A program made the translations under genes and the position numbers. A DNA stretch of 64,000 nt, taken from the NCBI RefSeq assembly GCF_009914755.1, contig NC_060938.1. One strand, 5' to 3'. The first letter of the stretch is position 1. Each line of letters opens with the position of its first letter. This DNA comes from the human T2T-CHM13v2.0 reference genome, Homo sapiens. Below the pieces are notes generated by a model. The model was not told the origin of the DNA and ran no database searches. It saw only the letters and a list, made by a program, of their open reading frames with translations. This document shows, in pieces, positions 40,626 through 54,997 of the stretch.

Positions 40626-42481
40626 TTAATGTCAGCCTACCTTAAAACTTCTTTAAATAGATGGCATGAACAGCTGTAGATAACTGCAGGGTGTAAAAAT
40701 TCTGGCAGCTTTTTTTATACCTGTTTAAACTCTTTGAGCTTAACGCTCTTCAAGTTCCCTGCTGGCCTGTAAGTAATAGACCAATGTCAGTGGAGGAGAC
40801 ATGTAGATGTTAAGAATGAACTAAGTTTGTAAGGTAAAAAGCCAGGCTTCCTATATGCCTCAGCAGATGGTCTGATAAGGACGCTGAGAGAGAGTATCAT
40901 GAAATAGAAGTGAAGTGGATTAACAAGAAAATCCATGTTCCTGGCACACTAAGGTGATAAGTAAATGGTTTTCTGTGGCTTTGCTAAAATTTTGAAAAAT
41001 TCAGTTAGCAGCACCGTTGCCTAAACATAGTATGGTATGTTAAGAAGGAGGATTCTAACAAGCACTTGTTAAGTGCCTATTGTAATTAAGACAAATATGA
41101 TTTGGTTTGTGCTCTCAAGTCTGGTGGGAGAGATAGGCATGTAAACAGATGAATTACAGCACGAAGTGCTACTGCTGCACCAAGACAGGCAAATAATTCA
41201 CTTAAGCTAAGGCAGGGAAGAAAGAAGGAAGGGGATTTTTATATACTTTTATCTGCGCTGAAGGTGGCTTTACAGATGAGGAACCCGAAACTCAAAGAAT
41301 GTATGTCAATTCATTAAGGCATGCAGCTGCTAAGTGGGGAGCCAGCATTTGAATCAAACTTTCTTTCCCCAAGGTTGTCTCCATCATGCCAGGCTGTAGT
41401 GGTGACAGGTGGAAAGGTGTAGTGAGCCATCTTCTAGGTATATCTATCCCTGAGAGCAACAAATCCTGGTGGTTCTCTCTGTATATAGTCACAGAGCTCC
41501 AGGGCATGTAGTACTTAGAATTTTGTTTTTGCTCATTGCACAGGAAATGGTATGAAACTGAGGTAATTCATACACACATAATTTGAATATAAAGAAGAAA
41601 ATGATAGAGGCATCTGGATGACCTGATATTTAATATAGTAAAAGGAAAATGTTTTCCTAAGCAAAATGAGTGGTATACAATGAATAAGTTGTGGTCAGGA
41701 ACCATGTCCCCAGAGTTTTGGCTTTTATCCTTTCATTGATTCACAACATGAATTTTTTTTTCCTAAATATCCTTCACTAGAAGGCAGAATTAATCAACCT
41801 TTGTAATTTAACAGATTATTTGGATACAAAACTAATGATATTTTTATTCAAACATGTCAAGACCTTGGGGATATAGCATGGGATTTGGGGAGCAGGTTGG
41901 TTGTTGGGGGCAGTCGTCTAAAGAATCAGTAACATTTGAGTGCCTAAAATATTAATTATTGTCCTACCAGCAATACTGTTCTCTGTCCTTAATGATGAAT
42001 TAAGAGATTAGAAAATAGTAAAAAAATAAAAACAAGGACATAATTTCCATGCGATAATGATAGGACTTTGTGATATCACATTTAAAAAGTAGGTGACTTT
42101 TATGAGAGAGGAAGTGAGGAAAAGAAGCCAGCATTTATTGAATGCTTGCTGCAGGCTTCTGTGCCATGGGTATTAATAGTCCCATTTTACAGATGAGGAC
42201 CCTGAGAATCATATATTTAGTGTCAAATGCTTTACCTAAAAGGGCAAAAGTATAACTAGAACAAAAGTTCAATGCTTAACTCTGAAAAAATCTGTTCTCT
42301 TTGCTACAGACCATGCCATCTTGGTGAAAATATCCCAAAAGATCTGGGGTTGAGTTACAGTGCCAAAGGGGAGAGGAATGTAATATTGCAATTAGATGAT
42401 GAGAGATTGTCTTAGGAACACTGAAGTACACTGGCAAATTTTGGGAAGCAGAGATAAATTATGTTGCTAAAAGCCAAGGAA

Positions 42482-42788
<307 letters not shown>

Positions 42789-44159
42789 AAAAGCCAAGGA
42801 AATCATTTGGCTAGAGAGTGTGAGCTTGAGAATTGGATAGAAGTAGGGGAAGTTAGGCTCTGTGGCACTGGGTGGTGGAAAGTCTGCAGTCAGCACTTTG
42901 ATCAGGTCAAACCCAGTAATATTTTTGAACTCTTATTTTTCTCTGTCAGGTGCCAGCAAGCAAAACTGAGTAAGGAAATAATAGTTTATGGCCTTATATT
43001 TTAGTTAGTTTGAGTACCTGTTGACAGGTGGTCCAATTTTTGTGTTTAATTTAGAAGAAATTCTGAAGGATGAGGTTTAATAATCACAATTGAAGTAGTG
43101 GATATGGGATCAGAGTCTGATTGCATTGGATACAATATTCCAAGATCACTGAATGATACAACTCCTGCAAAAAGGATGCTATGACAATATAAGCATAAAG
43201 CCGCAGGGAAGTGGACAGAGGTCTTAAGGGTTGGAAAAAGGAGTGGGCACATTTGTGAAATGTAGCAGAGCTATGGGATTTGGACTTTGCAATGTACTTG
43301 TACAGTAGGACTAAAGCAGACAAGCATAGAATGCATGCCATTAATTCTTAGCCTTGAGGCATACCTTCTCAATAATTAGGAGAATGAAAAGAGGTGTTTT
43401 TTATATATCCTTCCACCTTTATATATATTTTTTATTGTTCAATGAAGTAGAACCCTGTATAAAGAGGAGTTCAGGGAATCTATTAAAAATCCAGGGTACC
43501 TTCTATGTCCTAGTCAGAGTTCTTGGAGTTGTTGAATTATAAAAATATGACATCCCAACACACACTGTAGGGATCAAAACCTAGGTGTGTGGCAGGAAGA
43601 TAGCTCATAGGCAATTCCAATATTTGCAGTTGAAATTTGGCATGAAACACTGACAATTTGCATCGTCTGTCCATCCTTCATGAGCTGATGATGCCCAATG
43701 CTTGTCTCACATGGCAGGTCTCACTTCGTACTGAAATGATGAAGTTACTTCTCTGCCTCCAACACTAGATTGTGTGTTGCCTGAGGGCAGGAGCAATGTC
43801 ATCCTTTTTGACTTTCTGGCACTTAAAACAGAATGTGGCTCATAGTTGGAGGTCAGTACATATTTGAATGGAAGAATGCATGAAAATATAAACGTTAGAC
43901 TCTTCCCTTATGGTTATTGTTTTAGTTTATAAAGTAGATGTAAATATAGCCCAAGATAACATAGCAATTTGGCAATTCTCCATGAATTTTCTGTAATAGA
44001 ATATTTCAGTAAGCACAGTATACTTCCTGTTTTAACTTTGTGGCTAACTGATCTTTAGTTATTTGACAGATATTTTTCTGGCAGGCAATGCGCTAAACAT
44101 TGGGGGTTCTCTGCAACTGTTTTTTATTTTAAGTGGTAAAGTTGCTCTTTTAATTCAAA

Positions 44160-44580
44160 TTTGTTTTTTAATTGACTTATAAACTTGTATGTATTTATAG
44201 TGTACAACATGATGCTTCGAAGTGTCAATAATCAAATGGTTAAATCTAGCTAATTTAATCATAATTTAAATAGCTAGATCTAACCATTTTGTTATTGACA
44301 CTTCAAAACACACAAACACACATAATGAAATGGTCAAATCTAGCTAATTAACAAATACATTACCTCACATAGTTATCATCTTTATGGTGAGAACATTTCA
44401 CATCCACTCTCTGAGCATTTTTGAAAAATACAGTATATCATCATTAACTATAGTCTCTAGACTGTATAATAGATCTCTTGAAATTATTTCTCCTAACTAA
44501 CTGAAAATATGTATGCCTTGGACCAACATCTCCCCACTCCCCACCCCCAACCACCCCAGCTTCTGGTACCCACCCATCTT
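44160..44580 (-). mobile_element. L1MA 3' end containing a fold-back duplication
   Basis: gtgtacaacatgatg; cattacctcacata; aatagatctcttgaa; gaccaacatctcccca. Confidence 0.85.
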
Positions 44581-45249
44581 CAGCTGTTTGTAAATACCTA
44601 CGGTTGATGAGGAAATGCATTTGTTGAAATATACTGAAGCCTGTGGATTATTGTAATAATCCTTTTATGCTATCAAAGATTTACTGCTCTTTGAGCTTAC
44701 CTTAGTTGGGTCTTGTAAATTGAGTGTTATTTGAGAACAGAACACAGGAGGGCACCAGAGGACAAGAAAACGACAACCAAAAAAAAAAAAAAAAAAACCC
44801 CAAAACCAAAGCACTGAACTTCTGGCTCTAGAATAGAGACCCTGCTAAATGTATCATCTCTCAGCAGTCCATTTCTATTAAGTCTTATTCTTTAAAGGCC
44901 ATGAGGTATTTGTAAACACGAGAGCTTTCCAAACTTTCATTAAAGGAAAGTGTCCCTTTCCCAGACAATGCTTCCAGCTCAGTCAGATGCCCAAGCATGA
45001 CCAGAAGGAGACATGGATGAAGAGAACCCAGGGGGTGTCTTTGCACACATGATGCTCTAAAGCATTTTCAGATCTCCTCTATGGGCCCAGCAAGAGTGCT
45101 GTTTCTGAGGAAGAAGGCAGATTGCTGGACGGATTCACAAACCACGGCAGCTCCAACTCTCCTACCGATGCCTTTACTCCAGGTGCCTCAGCCAGTAGCA
45201 ACAGGTCTCCCTGTTGGTGATACCCAAGGGCACCATTTAAGAAGAAATA

Positions 45250-45600
45250 AAAAATGATGAGTTCATGTCCTTTGTAGGGACATGGATGAAGCTAGAAACC
45301 ATCATTCTCAGCAAACTATCACAAGGAGAAAAAACCAAACACTGCATGTTCTCACTCATAGGTGGGAATTGAACAGTGAGAACACATGGACACAGGAAGG
45401 GGAACATCACACACTGGGCACTGTTGTGGGGTGGGGGGAGTGGGGAGGGATAGCATTAGGAGATATACCTAATGCTAAATGATGAGTTAATGGGTGCAGC
45501 ACACCAACATGGCACATGTATACATATGTAACAGACCTACACGTTGTGCACATGTACCCTAAAACTTAAAGTGTAATAATAATAATAATAATAATAATAA
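45250..45600 (+). mobile_element. L1PA (~L1PA3-5) 5'-truncated with (TAA)n tail
   Basis: Young L1 3'UTR; TSD aagaagaaata at 45239-45249 and 45601-45611, preceded by a TT|AA endonuclease site. Confidence 0.95.
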
Positions 45601-45988
45601 AAGAAGAAATAGACAATGGGCTTAAGTGTTCACTCACCTCCTGTGCTTCCCTGGGCCTACGGTTATGGCTCCTAGGCATATGGGAGAGGTTGAGTCAGTC
45701 ACTGTGGCTTAGAGGCTGCAGTGCCTTATCAATTTCTGGCATTGAATTATGACTAGAATTTGAAAAACATCAAACATGGCTTCCATGACATCATAGTCTC
45801 AGCTCAGTATGTCACTGAGAGGTTGTAGTAGTTTGCAGATGACAGTGATCAATGAAAACCCAATTTATTTGACTCAAAGGGCTGTGGATATATGTACGTG
45901 AAAATGTATTCTACAGCCCTAACCTGCTGCATCTGGCTCTGGAATTCCAGGTCCACATTTCTGAGTATCTGCTAGTCATTTCCATGTA

Positions 45989-46315
45989 TAGAGCCATCCC
46001 TTGGTATCTCCAGGGGACTGGTTCCAGAACTTCAAAGGAACTCAAATTTGAGGATGCTCAAATCCCTGACAAAATGGCATAGTATTTGCATGTAACCTAT
46101 GCCCACCCTCTCACATACTGTAAAATCATCTCTAGATTACTTGTAATAAATAATACAATGAAAATGCTATGTACACAGTTGTTACTGTTTCGAGAATATT
46201 GACAAGGAAAAAGTTCTGCGTGTGTTTAGTACAGAGGCAAGGTTTTGAGAATATTTTAAATCCAGAGCTGGTCGAATCCACAGATGTGGACCCCTCAGAT
46301 ATGAAGGATCATCTG
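45989..46315 (+). mobile_element. MER2-family (Tigger) MITE
   Basis: cccttggtatc...ggttccag; aaaatggcatagtatttgcat; aatcatctctagattactt; gaatccacagatgtgga. Confidence 0.85.
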
Positions 46316-47029
46316 TTTATCCCACCATCTCATACTCAGGATGTTTAAAATAGAGCTAATAGCTGTTTCTTTCTCAAACCCAGCTCTTCTTTTCTTTGTT
46401 TCATCTAAATTAAGTAGCAAGACCAAGTTTTCCAGGCTGGAAAAGTGTAAGTGATCCTCAACTTTGTCCCCCCACCTTCCATTCCTATCATTCAGGGGGT
46501 CACCTCAACCATCTCTTCTATTTATACCTTTCATTCATTTCACTCTGCTATAGAGCATTTTGAATTCAGGATTTATTTACCTCCTTTCTAAGTAAGTTGA
46601 ATGGCCTTTCTGTGCTTTTTCTGTTCTGGTCTTCACGTAATCCGCTTCACATTCTTTTTAAATTCACCTTTCCCAAGATTCATCATTGCTTACAGGACAA
46701 TGTCCAATTCCTTAGCATTACATGCAGTCCATCTATCTTTCCTACCTTAGCTCTCACTTCACAGCTCATAATCCCTCTCCTCCCCAATGTACACAAACAC
46801 ACCCACCTTTCCACTGTGGTTCATCTTCTGGCTATTGGTTATATTTTGCCTTCAATTACCTCTGCTGGATATGGAATAGCATAGAAGTTATGCACATGGG
46901 CCCTAGAACTAAACTAGGGGTCTGCAAACTACAATCAGCAGGACAAATATTCCCCACCACCTCTTTTCATAAATAACCATTTATTGGAACTCACCAAGGA
47001 ACTATGGAGAAACAAGGAAGAATTTCACT

Positions 47030-47320
47030 ATAAAAGACGCCAGAGGAAAAAAGAGTACATATTGTATGGTTACATTTATATAAATCTAAAAAATGCAAAC
47101 TAATCTCTAGTGACAGAAAACAGAACCCTGGCTGCTAGAGGAGCAGGGAGAGGAAGGGAGTACAAAGAGCCATGAGAAAACTTTTGAGGATAATGTATAT
47201 GTTGCTTATCTTGATTGTGTTGATGTTTTAATGGGTCTACTCATATATCAAAACTTATAAAATTGTACACCTTAAATATGTGCAGTGTATCATGTGTCCA
47301 TTATACTTCAATTTAAAAGA
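47030..47320 (+). mobile_element. Old L1M (MC/MD/ME) 3' end
   Basis: aaaaatgcaaactaatct.tagtgacagaaa; tatcttgattgtg; aaattgtacac.ttaaatatgtgcag. Confidence 0.75.
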
Positions 47321-47557
47321 AAACATGGAAAACATTCAGCATCCAGTGTCCCCATAGCCTCAGCCACAGTTAGCCCGAAGAGTTGCTTGTGTCTTGATAG
47401 AGAGACCACTGAAGTAATTTCCACAGTTCAGGGTTATCATTCCATTGCTAGTTCTAAGAATCTTACCCTTTTCATGCCTTTGGTCTCTCATCAAAGATGT
47501 AGGATGGCTGGACTTACTAATCTTCAAGGCACTTTTCAAATTTCTAGAGTCTCTCTG

Positions 47558-47848
47558 TGGGGCAAAGTGGCTCACGCCTGTAATCCCAGCACTTTGGGAG
47601 GCTGAGGTGGGTGGATGACCTGAGATCAGGAGTTGGAAACTAGCCTGGCCAACATAGTGAAACCCCGTCTTTACTAAAAATACAAAAAATTAGCCAGGTG
47701 TGGTGGCAGGCACCCGTAATCCCAGCTACTCGGGAGGCTGAGGCAGGAGAATCACTTGAACCCAAGAGGCGTAGGTTGCAGTAAGTCCAGATCGTGCCAT
47801 TGAAAAAAAAAAAAAAAAAGAAACAAAGAAAAGAAAAGAAAAAGAAAA
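47558..47848 (+). mobile_element. AluS lacking ~35 nt before the poly(A)
   Basis: Right arm stops at gtgccattg and goes straight into A18; TSD aaatttctag(ag)tctctctg on both sides. Confidence 0.93.
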
Positions 47849-49466
47849 AAATTTCTAGTCTCTCTGATCTCCATTTAACATGTTCAGTCTACAAGTATTT
47901 TGGTGGTACCTAAACTTATTCAGGCAGTATGTCTGTGGTCTATAAATGTACATACCCCACCTTTGCTGTAGTTGATGCCTCTGCTGCTGAAATTTGTTTC
48001 TTTTCTAAGTGTTGCATCCCTCTTTGAAACAGCAGGGGCTCACCTGGCAAAACAGTCCTGTAAGCAGTAGTGGAGAAACTTGGCTGCTCACTGTTCCTGT
48101 TTTGAGTAAATTACCCTTCTTAATTGAACATTATATGATTTGGCTTCCCAAATTTGTGTTCTTCTTTTCAAAAATCTAACAGTAATAGAGTGTATTTAGT
48201 TAGGTTCAAAATCATATTTTTTAAAAAGAAATGCAGGAAAAAATTCAAAGGATGTTTAATGAGAATATGATAGACTTTGAAATGGAAGATATCACCAGGA
48301 AATTCTCCATTTCTTAGGACTATATAAGTGACACTGACTTCACACAGTGGTTTTAAGGTTGAGTGTACTGTTACAGGAATATGTAAGCTGCTTAAAACAT
48401 TTCACAACTCATGGTCAGACAATGTTCCTTTGAGAGGAAAATTCACTGGCGTTTCTCAAAAACCTGACTGCTTAAAATCCAAGTGACCCAATGCTGGCCT
48501 TGCTTATTTCTAGGGAAAGTTGCCTTAGCAACCTACTAGCATTAAGTTGCTTAAAGGAATGTGTGTTTAACATTGTTATAAGCCAGAAACAGAGAAAACA
48601 GTTAACATTTAGACAAGTGATTATTACTGGCATCCAGGTAGGCTGTTGGAATAACCAGGATATGAGTTGCTAATCGTTCATTTATTAATCTTCATGGAAT
48701 TAAATACAGAAAGGATGAATACAGAGGAGATCCTGTGCTGGACACATTCTCTGTGTTAGTTCATTTATTCGTCACCATATCCCCTTGATTAAAGTGATGA
48801 TGAGTCTTTCCATTTTGTAACTTGGAGAGACTGAGGCTGAGAGATGTTTAGATGTTTGTCCAAGGTCACACAGCTAGTACCTGCTGGAGCAGAAATTTGA
48901 AGCCATGTCTGGCTCATTCAAAATCCTATGTTCTTTCTCACACCCTGCTGGCTCACTACTTATTGTGAGGCATTTGAATGATCATTCAGCTATTTCCTTT
49001 ACCTGATGTTTTTAGTTTGCTGGCTTCAGTTTCTTAGAGGCACCCTATTGGGCCACATGAGAGATTATAGAATTATGTTGTGATCATGGTGGGCTATTAT
49101 CTCTGCAAACTCTCCTGACACCATCAGTGCACCAGGAAGGTTGGATAATCCTACGTGGATGTGGAGAAATCTCAACCTTTTTTTATTTGACATTAGGATT
49201 TTTTTTTCCCTCTAGGTGGTGTTTTCACTGACTTTGTGGATTGCAAAAAGTTGAGTTTATTTTAGTTTAACAGTCAAGAATGTGGTTCTTTAGGACATTT
49301 TCTCTTTAGTGTGCCTGGAGCTTCTAAATCTTATTTAAACCTTCTTTTTGAAATAGATGTTGCATATCTTTGGCTGTAAGAGGAAGTCAGGACTTGTTCT
49401 CTCTGCTTCCAGACCCACTCCCCAGCCATGTAGACTTTATATTTGAAGGTCCAGAGTGATTTTTCT

Positions 49467-49761
49467 TTTTTTTTTTTTTTTGAGATGGAGTCTCGCTGTC
49501 GCCCAGGCTGGAGTGCAGTGGCGCAATCTCGGCTCACTGCAGGCTCCGCCCCCTGGGGTTCACGCCATTCTCCTGCCTCAGCCTCCGGAGTAGCTGGGAC
49601 TACAGGCGCCCGCCACCTCGCCCGGCTAATTTTTTGTATTTTTAGTAGAGACGGGGTTTCACCGTGTTAGCCAGGATGGTCTCGATCTCCTGACCTCGTG
49701 ATCCGCCCGCCTCGGCCTCCCAAAGTGCTGGGATTACAGGCGTGAGCCACCGCGCCCGGCC
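49467..49761 (-). mobile_element. AluY, Ye-lineage (AluYe5-like)
   Basis: CpG-rich and near consensus; sense-strand diagnostics GGGCGAGGTGG, AACCCCAGGGGGCGGAGCCTGC, GCGACAGCGAGAC; perfect TSD cagagtgatttttct (49452-49466, 49762-49776). Confidence 0.93.
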
Positions 49762-52700
49762 CAGAGTGATTTTTCTAAGGCAATAATCTGACCCTGTCAT
49801 TCCCAGCAGCATGTAGAAAATCACCTTGACACTCCAGGTACATTCAAGTGGGCTGCCCCAGAGGTCATGGAACAAAAAGCCTCCTAGACCAAGCTAAGAT
49901 GTGAAATTATAAATTGTTTATTAAATCAATTTAAGGTACACTTTAAGCATAAATCAAGGGGAAAGTGATTGGTTCAATAAACACAGGAGAGTGTGCAAGT
50001 GGGATAGAAAGACTACCATATCTCAATCCTTGGTTACACAATGTTCATCTACCTTGGTTCCCTCTCTGCCATATTAGTCTTCCCTGCTGATGAAGTAGTT
50101 ACAAGAACCAGAGTTGAGATTAAGAAAGGGATACAACAGCTGGGAAACACTGGTCCTGTTACACCATTGCCCTCCTGGGGAGACACAAGGGCAAGTATAT
50201 CTGGCCATAGCTATCACTTGCCAATTAGCCTGGTGACTAGATATATGTTTTATCTCTATGTATCAACCAGAGCAAATGTGGGGCCAGAATGGGACCAAAA
50301 TGGATGTCACCAATGGGTTGACCAGTTTAGGGATGAAGGAGTCAACAGAGATTGTCTGAGCTTCATAAATATTTAAGGTTTACTCTGTACTTTCATCCCT
50401 TTCTATGGGGAAGTAACTCTCTTATTTCATCCTTTTTATCTTTGTTCAGCACACACGTGCTCTTTTTATTTTCTCTATGTCTCACAGCTCTCAGAGATTA
50501 TCAATTTGCTCCCTACGCTTTAATCCATTCTATAAGTTCCATCCAACTTTTTGTTGCTTGCTATGACAAAATCGAATAATCTTAAATAATGCAGCAAACA
50601 CACGTTGCAGCCTGTTTAAGATATTTTAAGAGTTCTTTTTGATCTAGGAGATAAAACACAAAGTTTTCAGTACAGCAGGTTCTTGTAAGCAGGTTCTTAA
50701 AATCTCCTCCTGGCTACATCTTTAGACTCATTTCCTACCTCTCATAAAAATGCCCTCCACTACCCTACGACACGGAAGTACTCGACATTTGCTGAACTTG
50801 CATGCTCTCTTAATCTCTATACGTGGCAGTTTTTAAAATCTCTTGTCTACCTGGAGCACTAGTTCTGCACATTCATTAAAAAGCATAAGCTTTGCTTTCT
50901 CTAACAAGTATTACTTGAACACCACTATCTTCTTAACCCCAAACTCAGACCCAAATGTGCATGTATATATGCACACACACACTCCCAATAGCTTCTCTCT
51001 TTCCCTGTGTTCCTTAGGTATAATGCAAAGAACTCATAGTAGTATTAAAGCACTTAAAACATTGTATTACATTTTTATATCACTCTCTACTCCATTAGAC
51101 TGTAAGTAACTTTGATCCAGGGATCAAAATATATTTCTCCTTTTATCTCCAGCCACTAGTCAATGTCCAGTGTGTTATAAATAAGCAGTAAATATTTGAT
51201 GAGTTGTTGAGTTAATGAGTAATAACAAATAAATGTTATTGTACAACAAGTTGGCAGATATTTGTTCCTTGAATAGAATGATTTTTATAATTGTCATTTA
51301 CAAATTCAGTTTAGATGGGATATTTTTCTCTTATTTCTTCCCTTGAACGTTTTCCCCCAACTACCGTGTACTCCCATTACTAGATTTTTTTATAAATCAC
51401 TTAAATATGTTTTTGTAAATTATTAATAGCAGCAAGTAGTGCTGATCTGTTGGGCACCTAATGTGTATCAAGCTGTGAATTAGAACTTGTCTTCCACTGG
51501 TCCCAAGAGAGCTGGATCAGTTCACAACCCTGCATAAATGGTAGCTAGGATTATGATTCAGTAGGAGCATATGTAGCCTCAAGCAGGATAATTAGTTGTA
51601 ATAAGCACATAACCACATTTTCTCCCTGTTTCTGTGTTAGGGGATGGCAGTCAATTCACACTTTGAATTTCAATGTCCATAAGCTGCATTTAAATACATT
51701 CATATAAATGCATGTCAAGTAACTACCATGTCTAGGCCTTGGACTAGATTCTGAAAAAAATAGGCACAATCACTGGCCTCGTGGAGTTCATAGCCAGCAT
51801 CACCTTAAAATCAATGAGAAGTAGAAAGTCAGGTTATTGAGACCAGGATGATCTACGCTGCATCTAACTGGGGGATATTAAGTTCTCACAGACATTACAA
51901 GCTTATCCCAGTCAATATAAGCTCACTGTATAATCAACTACCTCCATATACAAATGTCCCCTCCTCCAGTGGCATGATCTAGGGCTGGCAGGGATTCACC
52001 TTTCCTTACCCGTGGTGCTTCTCAAAATTCCCCTGCTGCCTCACCCAGCCACCCCCATTCTCACCCAGTCTAAGTATCAGTTCCAAGAAGCATTTCTAGT
52101 TCCTCTACCCCTTTGTTTTCCGCAAACCTTCACATCTGCTCCCTCAGAAGCACCATTGGTTATGGAGGTCTGATCTGAAGTTCTACCCATCACTCACACA
52201 TTCATCATCCATCCAGAAGGCAGTTTTATATAAACCCAGATAAGCTTGGCTTTGCATCTACTTAGTAGCTATTTACCCTTGGCTGAGATAACTTAACATC
52301 CCTGTTTCTTACTGCTGTCATCTGTAAAATGGGATAAAAATGCTTACTTCCCAGTATTCTGGGGATTAAATATTAAGCTCCAGTACAAAGTGTAACAATG
52401 ACTTTATGCGTCATTATCCCCGCTGGTCTCCCATAGCTGTTCTCTAGCACCCCTGTGCCATCTTTGGGATTGTCGAGTTAGCCCTGAAGTGGCAAGGACC
52501 CTATTTCAGTGCTCATATTTAAAAAGCACCACCATCAGCAAAAGGGGTGTAGAGAGGAGGCACCATTTAGAATCTTGGAAAATCTGAAAAAACTTGCTTC
52601 TAGGCCAGAGAGTAGAGAGAACTGTGAGATTGTGTGCTAGCCACAGTAGACCAATGTTGGATTGGAGATGATAGGTCGTCTTAATGGAAAGTGTGATGGG

Positions 52701-53181
52701 GAGCCAATGTGGCACAGTAGCTCAGAGTGTGGGCTCTGGAGCCAACATAAGAAGAGTTACCCTAACAGAATATAGACCACAGAGTTCTTCCCTTCAAGTA
52801 TGGATTCATCATACATCCTTCAAACCTGCCAAGTACTTCACTTTCTTTCTCTCTACCAACCTGCTTCTTACCAACCTTCTAAAGTCCTGTTCTTGATTCA
52901 CCCTAGGCTCACCTATAACCTTCAGAAGCCCTGTCTCTGACTCTTAACTCTTCCTGTCTTAACACTGAGCCTCTACTTTCAGCTTTGGGAGCCACAATGA
53001 GTGTTTCAGAGCTGAAGAATATCTGGAGCCCATATGTCAGACATGAAAGATTTGGAAAAACAGAAATAAAAAAGTTCCTTGAAGTATTTGAAATGATTTA
53101 TTCAAGTAGGGTTGGGACCTAAAAATTTGCCAAATATATCATAATGGGGGAGTAGTACCAGGAACGTAGAGAAAGGAAGAG

Positions 53182-53525
53182 AAAAATTGATCTCATAGAA
53201 ATAAAACGTAGAACAGAGGATACTAGAGGCTGAAAACAGGAGGGGGAAAATGGGAGACACAGAGAGATTTGATAAAAGACACAAAATTACAGCTAGATAG
53301 AAAAAATAAGTGCTAGTGTTCCAGAGAGCTGCAGGATACAACAATATACAGTTTCAAACAGCTAGAAGGAGCATACTACATATTAAATGTTCCCCAAACA
53401 ACTAATGATAAATATTTGAGATGATGGATATGCTAATCACCCTGATCTGATCAATATATATTATATGTATCAAAACATCACTATGTACCCTGTAAAAATG
53501 TACAATTATTTTTCAGTTAAAAAAG
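53182..53525 (+). mobile_element. L1MA (~MA4-5) 3' end
   Basis: caaaattacagctagatag; gatgatggatatgctaatcaccctgat; aacatcactatgtaccc. Confidence 0.85.
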
Positions 53526-54225
53526 GAAAAGAAACAAAAAAATAAATATTCTGAGAAGATGACCTTAAGAGAGATGTTGGAAGAGAGGGAGGGTTGGGAA
53601 AATGGGAGATGTCTGAGAAATACCCTAGAGGAAATTTGAAATAGAAAAACAGAGCTGAGGAAAGAAATAAAGATGAATCAAAAATTAAATTGGAGTTATA
53701 TGATGGTTCAGGGAGCAACACATGTGTAGAGAAGGAAATGAGAGGCTGGAACTTTGGGGAATCCCAGAGTTAAGTAATAGACAGGGGAAGAGGCAGGGAG
53801 GGGAGGTTGCTCATGAAAGTTCATACATGTGGGAAAACCATGGACAGCCATGTCACTGAAGATGGGAGTGGCTGCTGAAGCCTAATGGTGATGAAGAAGA
53901 CTAGAAAATGTTCCTTATGCTTGGCGATTTGCAGATTATTAGTAACCAGATAGAACAGCAGAGAAAATAACTAGCTGCCAAAAGGTTGGTGGGGAGGGCT
54001 TGGAGGGCAGAGGAACCTGGGCTCAGCAGCAGTCAAGGGGGATTCTGTGAAGTCTGGGGGGAGAAGCACCCTGGTGGGACACTCTAAAATGTCAAGGTGA
54101 ATGGAGAAAGCAAGGGAAAGAGGCAGGGTTATGAGGAGGGCTTCTGTGAGTGGAGTGAAATTTAAGGTGCCTAAAGAAAGCTAACAGGAAAAGTCTGAAG
54201 GTTGAGAAAAGAAGCAAGATCACTG

Positions 54226-54227
<2 letters not shown>

Positions 54228-54300
<73 letters not shown>
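54228..54300. repeat. (A)n(TA)n compound microsatellite
   Basis: A run followed by about 28 AT units. Confidence 0.97.
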
Positions 54301-54303
<3 letters not shown>

Positions 54304-54997
54304 AAAGAATCTAGAAAAAGGATAGGAAGTGGAGTCAGAGGAGAGTTTAGTCTTGGACAAGGTGGCAGGGTCCTTACTCTAATAACAGAAGCAAAACTGT
54401 GGATTAAGCTTATAAGGAAGGGATTTCATTTATTTACTCAACAAGCATCTGAGTGTGTAGATGCAGACATGGGCATTTTAGACCTGGTTTTCAAGGTGCC
54501 TCCAATCTGGTTGGGGATATGGATAACTGAAGAATTAGTTTGCAACAGCATGAGATAAACCATGAGGGATGCTGACTGGGGTGTTGAAGGGTGAGAGGAT
54601 GGCAGGTGGTGAGAGAGACATTCCAGAGTTTCCTTGTGAGTTACAGGTTTGGTTAGGAGGGAAGTGGAGCTAACTGTTGAAGAATAGAGATTGGCCAAAT
54701 CTCTGGAATTTCAGAAGCATCAACTTTGGGAAACGGAATTTGCTAATGGAGTGGAGTCTGATGCAGTTCTTCACTTATTTTCTTCTGGTATGCAGACCAA
54801 AATTATCTGAGAATGATCTTTTCACTTCTGGCTACAAAAATGCAAGCCACCAGTAGAACCACAGGCACCAGTTTACAGTGTAGAGAGCACTGGACTGGGA
54901 GTCAGATCTGGGTTGTACTTATGTGGTCATGGGAAATTCCTTCCCCTAGGTGCAGGGACTCAGGATTCGCTTTAGTAAAATGAAGGGTTATTCTTTA

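Noticed and set aside
45426-45449. G-quadruplex-forming G-tract
   Set aside because: This is the standard polypurine tract of the L1 3'UTR, not locus-specific.
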